From contig JAZOMF010000094.1 in NCBI GenBank assembly GCA_045653805.1, positions 7,438 through 71,437 on the forward strand: DNA of 64,000 nt, in the 5' to 3' direction. Numbering within the stretch: position 1 is the first letter of the stretch; each line of letters begins with the position of its first letter. The translations under genes and the position numbers were made by a program. Positions 1 to 8,672 of this stretch are shown here, in pieces. The notes under the pieces were generated by a model. That model searched no databases. It was given only the letters and a program-made list of their open reading frames with translations, and was not told the origin of the DNA. This DNA is from Eubacteriales bacterium (GTDB lineage: Bacteria; Bacillota; Clostridia; Oscillospirales; CAG-272).

Positions 1-1
1 C

Positions 2-388
2 GTATTTCACCGTGTTATAGAGAATTTTATGATACAAGGCGGTGGATTTGAGTCGGACGGTGGCTTTCTTGTGAACAAGCCTGCCGATAGAATCGTGGGA
101 GAATTTGCATATAACGGATATACCAATAATCTTCGTCACTACCGCGGCGTTATTTCTATGGCGAGAGCGCAGAGCAACAATTCGGCTTCGTCTCAGTTTT
201 TCATTGTTCATGAGACAAATATAAAAAGCCTTAGTCTTGACGGAAACTATGCGGCCTTTGGCTTTGTGATCGCAGGTATGGATGTTGTAGATGCTATTGC
301 AACCTGTGACGTGGCGGGAGATGCAAGCGCTCCTAAGCCTATTGAGGACGTTGTTATCGAATCTATTACCTTTGTAAAAATGAAATGA
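2..388 (+). CDS. Cyclophilin-type peptidyl-prolyl cis-trans isomerase, 5' truncated by the window edge
   Basis: Frame open from base 2: VFHRVIENFMIQGG...GVISMARA...SASSQFFIVH...LDGNYAAFGFV, all cyclophilin motifs. Confidence 0.92.
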   Translation, partial: VFHRVIENFMIQGGGFESDGGFLVNKPADRIVGEFAYNGYTNNLRHYRGVISMARAQSNNSASSQFFIVHETNIKSLSLDGNYAAFGFVIAGMDVVDAIATCDVAGDASAPKPIEDVVIESITFVKMK

Positions 389-1284
389 TAAAAAAAACGA
401 TAGACAAAAATGATGTGAAAAGAATTTTTGCGCCACTGCCCGATAGGACTAATAAGGGTCAGATGGGAAGAGTGTTGGTGGTCTGCGGCTCGTATGATGA
501 GAGTGGACTTGCTATGTGCGGTGCGGCGTATTTTGCGGCAAAGGCGGCTTATAGAACCGGCGCGGGAATCGTTGAAATATTCACTCCGAGAGACAATTAT
601 TCTGTCCTTGCACCTTTAGTGCCCGAAGCGATATTTTCTCTTTACGGATGCGATGAAGTTGAGGGAGCGGTCTGCCGGAGACTTACTTTAGCGCTCTCGA
701 GGAGCGATGCCGTTGTGATAGGATGCGGTCTTGGCAAAAGCCCGCTTTCTCTCAAGATGCTTGCCTGTGTGTTGGAGGGAGCGGATTGCCCTTTAGTTGT
801 CGATGCCGATGCGTTGAACATTTTATCGGAAGAGACTTCGCTTTGGGATTGTGTATCAGAGGAGCAGGGAAGAAGAGTCGTGATAACTCCTCATCCGGGG
901 GAGATGTCAAGGTTATGCGGTATGGGTATTCCTGAAATACTTGCAGATACCGTAGGAGTTGCCCGTGATTTTGCCAAAGATAAAAGAGTAATTTGCCTCT
1001 TAAAAGATCACAACACCGTTATAAGTGACGGAGAGAGTGTATATATTAACCAAAGCGGAAACGCCGGTATGGCAAGTGCGGGAATGGGTGATGTGCTTGC
1101 AGGAATTATAGGATCGATAGCTGCGAGAGAGCGCCTGCACGGAAATGGCAACGATTATTTGCTGTGCGCGGCGGTTGGAGCGTATCTTCACGGTGCCGCA
1201 GGAGACGCGGCGGCAGACAAATTGGGGCAATATTCGCTGATGGCGAGTGACCTTTTGGCGGAAATTCCTGCCATTATCGGATGA
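385..1284 (+). CDS. nnrD: ADP-dependent NAD(P)H-hydrate dehydratase (YjeF C-terminal domain only)
   Basis: NKGQMGRVLVVCGS, GCGLG, VVDADAL, ITPHPGEM, AGMGDVLAG, YLHGAAGD motifs. Confidence 0.92.
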   Translation: MIKKTIDKNDVKRIFAPLPDRTNKGQMGRVLVVCGSYDESGLAMCGAAYFAAKAAYRTGAGIVEIFTPRDNYSVLAPLVPEAIFSLYGCDEVEGAVCRRLTLALSRSDAVVIGCGLGKSPLSLKMLACVLEGADCPLVVDADALNILSEETSLWDCVSEEQGRRVVITPHPGEMSRLCGMGIPEILADTVGVARDFAKDKRVICLLKDHNTVISDGESVYINQSGNAGMASAGMGDVLAGIIGSIAARERLHGNGNDYLLCAAVGAYLHGAAGDAAADKLGQYSLMASDLLAEIPAIIG

Positions 1285-1339
1285 TTTTTTGGATAATTAT
1301 CACAAAAATGAAAAAAATAAAATTTTTTTAAAAAAAGTA

Positions 1340-1368
1340 TTGCATTTGAGTAAAAAATGTGGTATTAT
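1340..1368 (+). promoter_or_regulatory. sigma-A promoter of rpsT
   Basis: TTGCAT (1340-1345), 17 bp, TATTAT (1363-1368) with extended TG. Confidence 0.7.
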
Positions 1369-1457
1369 ATATCAGTATGCGGCGGCAAAGCCTGATGTAC
1401 CCTCTCAGACGGAGGGCGCGCCGAGCATTTTTAAAAATTTATACGGAGGTTGAGAAA

Positions 1458-1724
1458 ATGCCGAACATTAAATCCGCAAAGAAGCGTGTAAAAGTTACTC
1501 AGAAGAAGACTCTTCAGAACAAGATGTTCAAGTCTGCTATGAAGACCGAGATCAAGAAGTACTACGCTGCAGTTGCTTCCGGTGATATGGCAAGCGCACA
1601 GGCTGCTTATAAGTCTGCTTCCAAGAAGATCGACGTTGCCGCATCCAAGGGCATTATCCACAAGAACGCCGCTGCTCACAAGAAGAGCCAGTTCACTAAG
1701 GCGCTCAACGGTATGCAGAAGTAA
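1458..1724 (+). CDS. rpsT: 30S ribosomal protein S20
   Basis: MPNIKSAKKRVK...KGIIHKNAAAHKKS; SD GGAGGT upstream of ATG 1458. Confidence 0.98.
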   Translation: MPNIKSAKKRVKVTQKKTLQNKMFKSAMKTEIKKYYAAVASGDMASAQAAYKSASKKIDVAASKGIIHKNAAAHKKSQFTKALNGMQK

Positions 1725-1793
1725 TTCTACAAAAACCACAATCAGCAAAATCAAGGTTGCTATCCTAACCCAATAGTAACTAAAAGCATAAAT

Positions 1794-1828
1794 AGAGGTA
1801 TGTAGGGCGCTCACCCCTGCATACCTCT
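1794..1828 (+). terminator. Intrinsic terminator after rpsT
   Basis: AGAGGTATGTAGGG / CCCTGCATACCTCT stem followed by a T-rich tract. Confidence 0.7.
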
Positions 1829-1890
1829 GTTTATTTTTATGCTGTATTCGGATAGGCTTTTTGAAAAATATGCGATTTCTAAAAAATCAC

Positions 1891-1919
1891 TTGAAAATAG
1901 ATAAAAAATATGATAAAAT
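1891..1919 (+). promoter_or_regulatory. sigma-A promoter of the darA-like gene
   Basis: TTGAAA, 17 bp, TAAAAT with extended TG. Confidence 0.55.
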
Positions 1920-1983
1920 GAATATGTATTTAATATAGAATGTGTTTGAATTTGTATTTGAGCAAATGGAAAGAGGTGTGAAT

Positions 1984-2289
1984 ATGAAGATGATAACTGC
2001 AATCGTAAATTACAAGGATACCAATAAAGTTTGTCAAGCTCTTTCCGAAAAAGGCTTCGAACATACCCGTCTTGCTACTACAGGTGGATTTTTACGCGCA
2101 GGGAATACCACATTGCTTATTGGTGTTGATGATGCAAAACTCGACGAAGCGCTTGAGATAATTCACAACAACTCTAAGAGAAGAAAAGAAACTGTTCCGG
2201 CAGAATTGTCTGTCGGTGGAACCGGCGAGGTAATGGTCGGCGGTGCTATCGTGTTCGTTACCGAAGTCCAGAGATTTGAGAAATATTGA
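1984..2289 (+). CDS. darA: PII-like cyclic-di-AMP receptor (DarA/PstA/YaaQ family)
   Basis: MKMITAIVN...TRLATTGGFLRAGNTTLLIG...VGGAIVFV; SD GAGGTG. Confidence 0.9.
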   Translation: MKMITAIVNYKDTNKVCQALSEKGFEHTRLATTGGFLRAGNTTLLIGVDDAKLDEALEIIHNNSKRRKETVPAELSVGGTGEVMVGGAIVFVTEVQRFEKY

Positions 2290-2301
2290 TTAAATAGTAT
2301 A

Positions 2302-2336
2302 ACAAAACGTCCGCCGATTTCGGCGGACGTTTTGTG
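2302..2336. terminator. Bidirectional terminator between convergent darA and prfB
   Basis: ACAAAACGTCCGCCGA / TCGGCGGACGTTTTGT inverted repeat with A/T tracts on both sides. Confidence 0.85.
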
Positions 2337-2347
2337 TTTTTATTGAA

Positions 2348-3457
2348 TTATTTGTTAGCATTCATTTTGAGGTAAGCATTAACAAAGCCGTCGATGTTAC
2401 CGTCCATAACAGACTGGATGTTACCGTCCTCATATCCTGTTCTGGTGTCCTTAGCAAGGGTATAGGGCATAAATACGTAGGAACGGATCTGCGCCCCCCA
2501 CTCAATGTTGGTCTTGTTACCCTGAATTTCTTCAATGGTGTCAAGGCGCTCGCGGAGCTTGATCTCCATCAGCTTTGCCTTCAGCATTTTCATAGCAGTC
2601 TCCTTATTCTGGAGCTGGCTTCTCTCGGTCTGACAACCTACAACGATACCTGTGGGCTTATGAACGATACGGATCGCAGAGTCGGTCTTGTTAATGTGCT
2701 GACCACCCGCACCCGAGGAACGGTGAGCGGTGATTTCAAGGTCTTCGTCGCGAAGAATTACGGTGTCAACGTTCTCAAATTCGGGCATTACCTCGATAGA
2801 GGAGAAGGAGGTCTGGCGTCTGCCTGCCGAGTCAAAGGGAGATACGCGGACAAGACGATGAACGCCGTTTTCGCTCTTGAGGTAGCCGTATGCATTAACA
2901 CCCTCGACGGTAATGGTTGCGGACTTAATTCCAGCCGCATCGCCGTCCAGCCAGTCAACCAGCTTTACCTTAAAGCCTGACTTTTCTGCGTATCTGGTGA
3001 TCATTCTGTAAAGCATCTGCGCCCAGTCCTGAGCCTCTGTTCCGCCTGCACCGGGATGGAAGGAAACGATGGCGTTGTTCTTATCGTATTCCTCGCAAAG
3101 AAGAACCGCGATTCTTTCCTTTTCTGCGGTAGCTTCTATCTCTGCAAGCTCGCTTTGAACCTCGTCAACAAAGCTGTCGTCGTTTTCCTCGATTGCCATT
3201 TCCGCAAGAGCGATAGCGTCCTCAAGGCGAGAACAAAGCTTGTCGTAGTCGTCGATGGTGTCCTGAGATTGCTTTATTTCCTGAGTTATTTTGTTTGCCT
3301 GGTCGGGATTGCTCCAAAAATTTGGGTCAAGGGTCTGCGCGCTAAGCTCAGATACCTTGGCTTTAAGGTCAACGATGCGGAGCGCGTTGCCAAGCTCCTT
3401 TACGTCGCCTCTCATATCTATAAGCTTTCTTTTTGCTTCTTCAAGTGCAATAATCAT
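2348..3457 (-). CDS. prfB: Peptide chain release factor 2, continuous ORF
   Basis: GAGGTEAQDW, GVHRLVRVSPFDS (SPF anticodon mimic), GGQHINKTDS; SD GAGG before ATG 3457. Confidence 0.97.
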   Translation of the reverse strand: MIIALEEAKRKLIDMRGDVKELGNALRIVDLKAKVSELSAQTLDPNFWSNPDQANKITQEIKQSQDTIDDYDKLCSRLEDAIALAEMAIEENDDSFVDEVQSELAEIEATAEKERIAVLLCEEYDKNNAIVSFHPGAGGTEAQDWAQMLYRMITRYAEKSGFKVKLVDWLDGDAAGIKSATITVEGVNAYGYLKSENGVHRLVRVSPFDSAGRRQTSFSSIEVMPEFENVDTVILRDEDLEITAHRSSGAGGQHINKTDSAIRIVHKPTGIVVGCQTERSQLQNKETAMKMLKAKLMEIKLRERLDTIEEIQGNKTNIEWGAQIRSYVFMPYTLAKDTRTGYEDGNIQSVMDGNIDGFVNAYLKMNANK

Positions 3458-3600
3458 TAGTTTTATCCTCGTAAACATATTTCTTCAGCATAATTATACC
3501 ACAAGTTTTAGCATTTTGCAAGACCTTTTTTCGTCTTTTGAATACTTTTTACGAAAAGGCGAAAAATATTTTTGGATAGCGAAAATATGGCGCGTTTCTA

Positions 3601-3629
3601 TTGACTTTTTTATAATAAAGTTATATAAT
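3601..3629 (+). promoter_or_regulatory. sigma-A promoter of the DUF1858 gene cluster
   Basis: TTGACT, 17 bp, TATAAT. Confidence 0.7.
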
Positions 3630-3669
3630 AGTATATGTAAAAATATGTCTTTAAGGAGGTCAAACAAGA

Positions 3670-3870
3670 ATGAAGGTAACTAAGGAATCCATCATTGGCG
3701 ATATTCTCGATTACGATAGAGGAACTGCAGAGTTTTTCTTTGAGATCGGTATGCACTGCCTCGGTTGTCCCGCTTCTCGCGGAGAGTCTATCGAAGAGGC
3801 TTGCGCGGTACACGGAACCGATGCGGACGAGCTTGTGGAGAAGATCAACGCGTATCTTTCCGATAAGTAA
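3670..3870 (+). CDS. DUF1858 domain (hybrid-cluster-associated) small protein
   Basis: FFEIGMHCLGCPASRGESIEEACAVHG signature; SD AGGAGG. Confidence 0.9.
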   Translation: MKVTKESIIGDILDYDRGTAEFFFEIGMHCLGCPASRGESIEEACAVHGTDADELVEKINAYLSDK

Positions 3871-3876
3871 GTCGAT

Positions 3877-3910
3877 ATATGCGAAGTCTTCCTCAGAAGA
3901 CTTCGCATAT
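3877..3910 (+). terminator. Hairpin after the DUF1858 gene
   Basis: Perfect 15-bp stem ATATGCGAAGTCTTC / GAAGACTTCGCATAT with 4-nt loop; no strong U-tract on +. Confidence 0.55.
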
Positions 3911-3938
3911 ACGAAAAAAACAAATTTTAGGAATAATT

Positions 3939-4628
3939 ATGGTACTCGATATAAGATTACGCACGGCGGCTGATATGGTGCCAAGGGGTGCGCGACTTGC
4001 CGACATCGGCAGTGACCATGCCTATTTGCCTATCGCTCTGTGCCTGGAAAATAAAATAGAATGTGCGCTGGCGTCGGACATCAACGAAGGGCCTGTCCGG
4101 GCGGCGGTTGCAAATATACATAAAAACGGCTTAGGTGACCGCATTGTGGCGGTACGAGCCGACGGACTTGACAAAACGAGAGACTTCGCCCCAAACTGCA
4201 TAACCGTGCTGGGTATGGGCGGCGAGCTTATCGTTTCCATTCTCGATAAGGCGGATTGGGTAAGGAAGGAAGGCATCACCCTGGTGCTTCAACCTATGAC
4301 TCACCCCGAAATTCTTGCCAAATATCTTGCCGAAGAGGGCTTTGACGTCATCGGCGAGAAGATCGTGCGCGACGGCACGAGAGACGATCGCATCTATCGC
4401 ATCATCTGCGGGAAATTTGACGGAAAAAGACGAGCATTGACCGAGGCTGAGGCACTTGTGGGTAAGATCAATCTTGCAAGCGGTGACGATGTGGCGAGAG
4501 CGTATATCGAAAGAATAATTCGCGTTTTCTCGGTGAGAATCGCAGGCAAGAGCGGCGTAGGAGCGGATGCATCTTTTGAAGAGAGCATTGTGAACGAATT
4601 GAAGTCCTACCTTGAAAGGAATTTTTGA
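3939..4628 (+). CDS. trmK: tRNA (adenine(22)-N1)-methyltransferase
   Basis: RLADIGSDHAYLPI, DINEGP, GMGGELI, LVLQPM motifs; precedes the Nif3 gene as is usual in Bacillota. Confidence 0.93.
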   Translation: MVLDIRLRTAADMVPRGARLADIGSDHAYLPIALCLENKIECALASDINEGPVRAAVANIHKNGLGDRIVAVRADGLDKTRDFAPNCITVLGMGGELIVSILDKADWVRKEGITLVLQPMTHPEILAKYLAEEGFDVIGEKIVRDGTRDDRIYRIICGKFDGKRRALTEAEALVGKINLASGDDVARAYIERIIRVFSVRIAGKSGVGADASFEESIVNELKSYLERNF

Positions 4629-4630
4629 TT

Positions 4631-5410
4631 ATGACAGTAATTGAACTTTACAATAAACTTGGCGAGATAATACCCGCGTCACTCTCCTGTCCTTGGGATA
4701 AGGACGGACTTGAAAGCTGTCCAGAGCCGCAGAAGGAGGTCAAAAAGATACTTATAACCCTTGACATAACGAACGCGGCTATCGATCGAGCGATCGAGGG
4801 CAACTTTGACGTGATCGTGTCTCATCATCCCGTCTTTTTCGGCGGACTTGGTGTAATGAACGCGTTGACCTTCGACGGAGCAAAGGCGGTAAGACTTGCA
4901 AGGAACAATATCGCGGCGATGTCATTCCATACCAGACTTGACGCGCGCGAGGACGGGGTTAATGACACGCTTGCCCGTCTTTGCGGTCTGAAAAATATCG
5001 AGATCATCGGTGATGATAAGGTTGCGCGCGTGGGCGAGCTTGATGAGGAGATAGCTCTCTCGGATTTTGCGAAAAAGGTTAAATCCGTACTCTCCTATGG
5101 AAGCGGTGAGCGTGAGGCAACTCTCACGGTCTGCAACGTAAACGGCAAGGTCAAAAGAGTTGCGCTTGTCGGCGGATCGGGTGGGGACATGATGAATCTC
5201 GCCAAGGAAGCGGGAGCCGACACCTATCTCACGGGTGATGCCAAGCACCACGAGTATCTCGGCGCGTACGATTTCGGAATAAACCTTATCTGCGCAGGAC
5301 ATTTCTTTACCGAGCATCCCGTATGCGAATATCTCGATAAGACGCTCGGCGAGATATGTCCCGACACACAGCGCGAGATATATTTTTCAAACCAGATGAT
5401 AACAATTTAA
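4631..5410 (+). CDS. Nif3-like dinuclear metal centre protein (YqfO/YbgI family)
   Basis: WDKDGL, TLDIT, IVSHHPVFF, HTRLD, LTGDAKHH, AGHFFTE motifs. Confidence 0.93.
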   Translation: MTVIELYNKLGEIIPASLSCPWDKDGLESCPEPQKEVKKILITLDITNAAIDRAIEGNFDVIVSHHPVFFGGLGVMNALTFDGAKAVRLARNNIAAMSFHTRLDAREDGVNDTLARLCGLKNIEIIGDDKVARVGELDEEIALSDFAKKVKSVLSYGSGEREATLTVCNVNGKVKRVALVGGSGGDMMNLAKEAGADTYLTGDAKHHEYLGAYDFGINLICAGHFFTEHPVCEYLDKTLGEICPDTQREIYFSNQMITI

Positions 5411-5430
5411 AGATTTATTGGAGAATAGAT

Positions 5431-6117
5431 ATGACTTACGTAGTGGCAAATTTACACGGAAATTATACGAAATTCAAGCAGCTTTTAAAGACTATCTCGT
5501 TCAAGGATACTGACATTATGTACGTCCTCGGAGACATCGTTGACTACGGCGATGAGAGCATGGAGCTTATCGGAGACCTCAGCATTAGATACAATATTTA
5601 TCCTATCGTAGGTGAGCACGATTACATAGCACTCAAGATGCTTTCGGGTTTTGAGGGGATGCTTAAATCGGGCGAGACTCCCGATAAAAAGTTCATCACC
5701 AAGATGACGGAGTGGGTTCAAGACGGCGGACAAAGCACTCTTGACAGTTTCCGAACTCTTGACGCTGAAATGAAGGAAGGCGTTATTGATTACCTCACCG
5801 ACATGACCATTTACGAGGAGACCGAGGTGAAGGGCAAGAAGTATCTTCTTGTTCACGCGGGAATTGCGGGATATAAGAGCGGAATGGAGCTTGAGGATCT
5901 TAAGCCCAATGCGTTCTTTACCGAGCCTCTTGATTTTACAAAGAGATATTTTGATGACGTAACCGTTATCGTAGGTCACAATCCCACAACCGAGGAAAAC
6001 GGCGGCGACGGCAAGATATTCTACGGCAACGGAAGTATCGCCATCGACTGCGGCGAGGCGAGAGGCGGCACTATCGGTTGCCTCCGTCTTGACGATGGAA
6101 AAGAATTTTACGTTTGA
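5431..6117 (+). CDS. Calcineurin-like metallophosphoesterase (PrpA/ApaH-like) with altered active-site motifs
   Basis: LHG, GDIVDYG, GEHD, LVHAGI, VGHNPT, IDCG motifs of the PPP-type fold. Confidence 0.8.
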   Translation: MTYVVANLHGNYTKFKQLLKTISFKDTDIMYVLGDIVDYGDESMELIGDLSIRYNIYPIVGEHDYIALKMLSGFEGMLKSGETPDKKFITKMTEWVQDGGQSTLDSFRTLDAEMKEGVIDYLTDMTIYEETEVKGKKYLLVHAGIAGYKSGMELEDLKPNAFFTEPLDFTKRYFDDVTVIVGHNPTTEENGGDGKIFYGNGSIAIDCGEARGGTIGCLRLDDGKEFYV

Positions 6118-6129
6118 TAGGTAAAAGCT

Positions 6130-7521
6130 GTGAATATAAAGAAAAACGATATAATCGAGCTTGATATAACCGACCTCAATAATTTAGGTTGCGGCGTGGG
6201 AAAGACCGATGACGGCGTGGTTGTGTTCGTTAAGGGTGCGGTCACGGGTGACCGAGTCGCGGCGAAGATAATCAAGGTGTCCTCAAGCTTTCTTGTGGGC
6301 AGGCTCGAAAAGATACTTGCAAGCTCGCCCAACCGTATGGACGGAAATGGGTTGAGAACAACCGATTGCAAAGCGCCCCAATCCTGCGGCGGTTGCATTT
6401 ATAGAAATATCAAGTATGAGCACGAGCTTATTTTGAAGCGTGACTACGTTAAAAACGCATTCCGCAAGGCGGGACTTCCCAATGTGGTGGTGCTTGATAC
6501 GGCGCACACCGACCGTGTGACGGGCTACCGAAATAAGGGTCAGTACCCCGTGAGAGAGGTGCAGGGCAGAGTGAGAGCGGGATTTTTCGCTGCTAAAACT
6601 CACGATCTTATCCCTTGCGAGAGCTGCTTGCTTCAACCAGATATTTTTGGTGAAATAGTGACCTTTGTCACTGATTTTGCCGAGAAAAATAAGATAAGAG
6701 CATACGACGAGGAAAGCGGACGCGGCATTTTGCGCCACATATATCTCCGAATTGCCGAAAAAACGGGTCAGATCATGGTTTGCCTCGTTATAAATGCGGA
6801 TAAAATGCCCGCAAGTGAGAAGTTTGCCGCCGAAGTGGTCGAAAAATTCCCCTCGGTGACCTCGGTTATGCTCAACGTAAACAAAAAGAATACAAACGTT
6901 ATCCTCGGTGAGAAATTCATCTGCATCGGGGGCAACGATTACATAATCGACGAGCTTTGCGGCTTGAATTTCAAAATTTCGGCAGGCTCGTTCTATCAGG
7001 TCAACCGCGACGGCGCGGAGATGCTCTACGGTCTTGCCAAGGAGAGAGCTGCGCTGACAGGCAAGGAAACTGTTGCCGACCTTTATTGCGGTGCAGGTAC
7101 TATCGGGCTTTCCATGGCTAATGACGCGGAGAGAATCGTGGGCGTTGAGATAGTTGACGAGGCGGTTGAGTGCGCTAAGGAAAATGCAAAGCTCAACGGC
7201 ATAGAAAACGCGTATTTCTTTTGCGGCGATGCGTCCGATACAAGAGGACTTTTGGCAACGGCGAAGGATACTCTTGGCGATTTCTGCCCAGACGTGGTAA
7301 TTATCGACCCGCCCAGAAAGGGAACTACCGAGGAGCTTATAAATTATCTTGATTCTCTTGGCGTCAGAAGAATAGTTTACGTCTCCTGTGGCCCCGACAC
7401 GCTGGCGCGCGATTGCGCTTGGTTTGCCGCAAGGGGATATTCTATCGGCGAGGTTACGCCGGTTGATTTATTCCCCGGCACTGGGCACGTGGAAAGTGTC
7501 GTATGTCTGACGAGAAAATAA
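6130..7521 (+). CDS. rlmD: 23S rRNA (uracil(1939)-C5)-methyltransferase
   Basis: TRAM domain, CGGC Fe-S motif, SFYQVN, DLYCGAGTIGL, DPPRKG, YVSC, DLFPGTGHVE. Confidence 0.96.
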   Translation: MNIKKNDIIELDITDLNNLGCGVGKTDDGVVVFVKGAVTGDRVAAKIIKVSSSFLVGRLEKILASSPNRMDGNGLRTTDCKAPQSCGGCIYRNIKYEHELILKRDYVKNAFRKAGLPNVVVLDTAHTDRVTGYRNKGQYPVREVQGRVRAGFFAAKTHDLIPCESCLLQPDIFGEIVTFVTDFAEKNKIRAYDEESGRGILRHIYLRIAEKTGQIMVCLVINADKMPASEKFAAEVVEKFPSVTSVMLNVNKKNTNVILGEKFICIGGNDYIIDELCGLNFKISAGSFYQVNRDGAEMLYGLAKERAALTGKETVADLYCGAGTIGLSMANDAERIVGVEIVDEAVECAKENAKLNGIENAYFFCGDASDTRGLLATAKDTLGDFCPDVVIIDPPRKGTTEELINYLDSLGVRRIVYVSCGPDTLARDCAWFAARGYSIGEVTPVDLFPGTGHVESVVCLTRK

Positions 7522-7967
7522 TGGAGAGCATTTTATGAATGATATAGAACTCATCTATGAAAAAGTGAAAGACAGTCACAATTTGTGTCTGACGAACACC
7601 TCTGCCTTAAATGAAGGCTTTGTTTGGGATGTCCCTATTATTTACGGTGAATCTCAACAAGGAAGATTTTGGTTGTATGCAGACGAAGATGTGCCCAATC
7701 CGCACGGAATCGGGTTTGTTTTTTCTGTAGAATATAAAGGATATGAGGAACAGACAGAAGAGGGATTGGAAAGCGTGGCTAAGTGTCATACACATTGGCA
7801 TCCGCAGACCATAGAACAAGCCGTTGAAGATATAAACAATTTTATGACAGGGCGGCGTATTTTCAAAAAGTGAGACTTTTTGGAGTTTCCACCCCCATTT
7901 TTAGCCCATTTTGAGACCTTTTGGAGTCTTGACCCATGTTGAAAGCGTGGTTTGCCGTACAAAATAA
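7486..7967 (+). mobile_element. Relic islet bounded by a diverged duplication of the rlmD 3' end
   Basis: rlmD ends HVESVVCLTRK* (7486-7521); 7935-7967 encodes HVESVVCRTK* with no ORF of its own. Confidence 0.65.
7535..7873 (+). CDS. Hypothetical protein (islet cargo)
   Basis: 112-aa ORF with SD GGAG; no family recognised. Confidence 0.65.
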   Translation: MNDIELIYEKVKDSHNLCLTNTSALNEGFVWDVPIIYGESQQGRFWLYADEDVPNPHGIGFVFSVEYKGYEEQTEEGLESVAKCHTHWHPQTIEQAVEDINNFMTGRRIFKK

Positions 7968-7985
7968 ATTATCTATTGTAAAGAG

Positions 7986-8663
7986 GTGGAGTCAACTATG
8001 AAGCTTTTGCTAAACGGACTTACAAAGTTAATATTCGGCATTGTTCTCATAGGACTTTTGCTGTTTTTGCCCGCGTGGACCTTTAATTATTTGGGCGCGT
8101 GGCTGTTTATGGGAGTGCTTTTGGTCCCTGTTATGATAATGGGCGTGGTTTTATTCATCAAGGCTCCCGATCTGCTTGAAAAAAGACTTCAAAATAAAGA
8201 AAAAGAGATAACTCAAAAGGGCGTGATCGCGCTTTCGGGGCTTATGTTCATTGGTGGATTCGTTCTCTCGGCTCTCGATTTTAGGTTTGGTTGGTCGTAT
8301 GTTCCTATGTGGCTGACTATAACGGCGGCAGTGATTTTTCTCGCGGGATACGGTATGTTTGCCGAGGTTATGCGTGAAAACGCTTATCTTTCAAGAACTG
8401 TTGAGGTTCAGGAGGGTCAAAAGGTTGTCAGTACGGGGCTTTACGGTGTGGTTCGTCACCCCATGTATCTTGCCACCCTTCTTATGTTTCTGCCGATGCC
8501 TTTGATTTTGCAATCGTTTTGGGGGCTTATCCCCTTTGCCATCTATCCCGTGGTAATCGTTATCCGAATAATCAACGAGTAAAGGGTGCTTGCAGAGGGA
8601 CTTGAGGGCTACTCCGAATATAAAACACGAGTAAAATACAGATTAATTCCATTTATTTGGTAA
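7986..8663 (+). pseudogene. Isoprenylcysteine carboxyl methyltransferase (ICMT)-family membrane protein with an in-frame TAA at 8580-8582
   Basis: GLYGVVRHPMY motif; after IINE* the frame continues RVLAEGLEGYSEYKTRVKYRLIPFIW* to 8663, the usual family C-terminus. Confidence 0.8.
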
Positions 8664-8672
8664 GGATCTTTT

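Noticed and set aside
1802-1820. GTAGGGCGCTCACCCCTGC, resembling a GTAG REP
   Set aside because: Single copy, unrelated to the RAYT REP beyond GTAGGG, and fully explained as part of the rpsT terminator stem.
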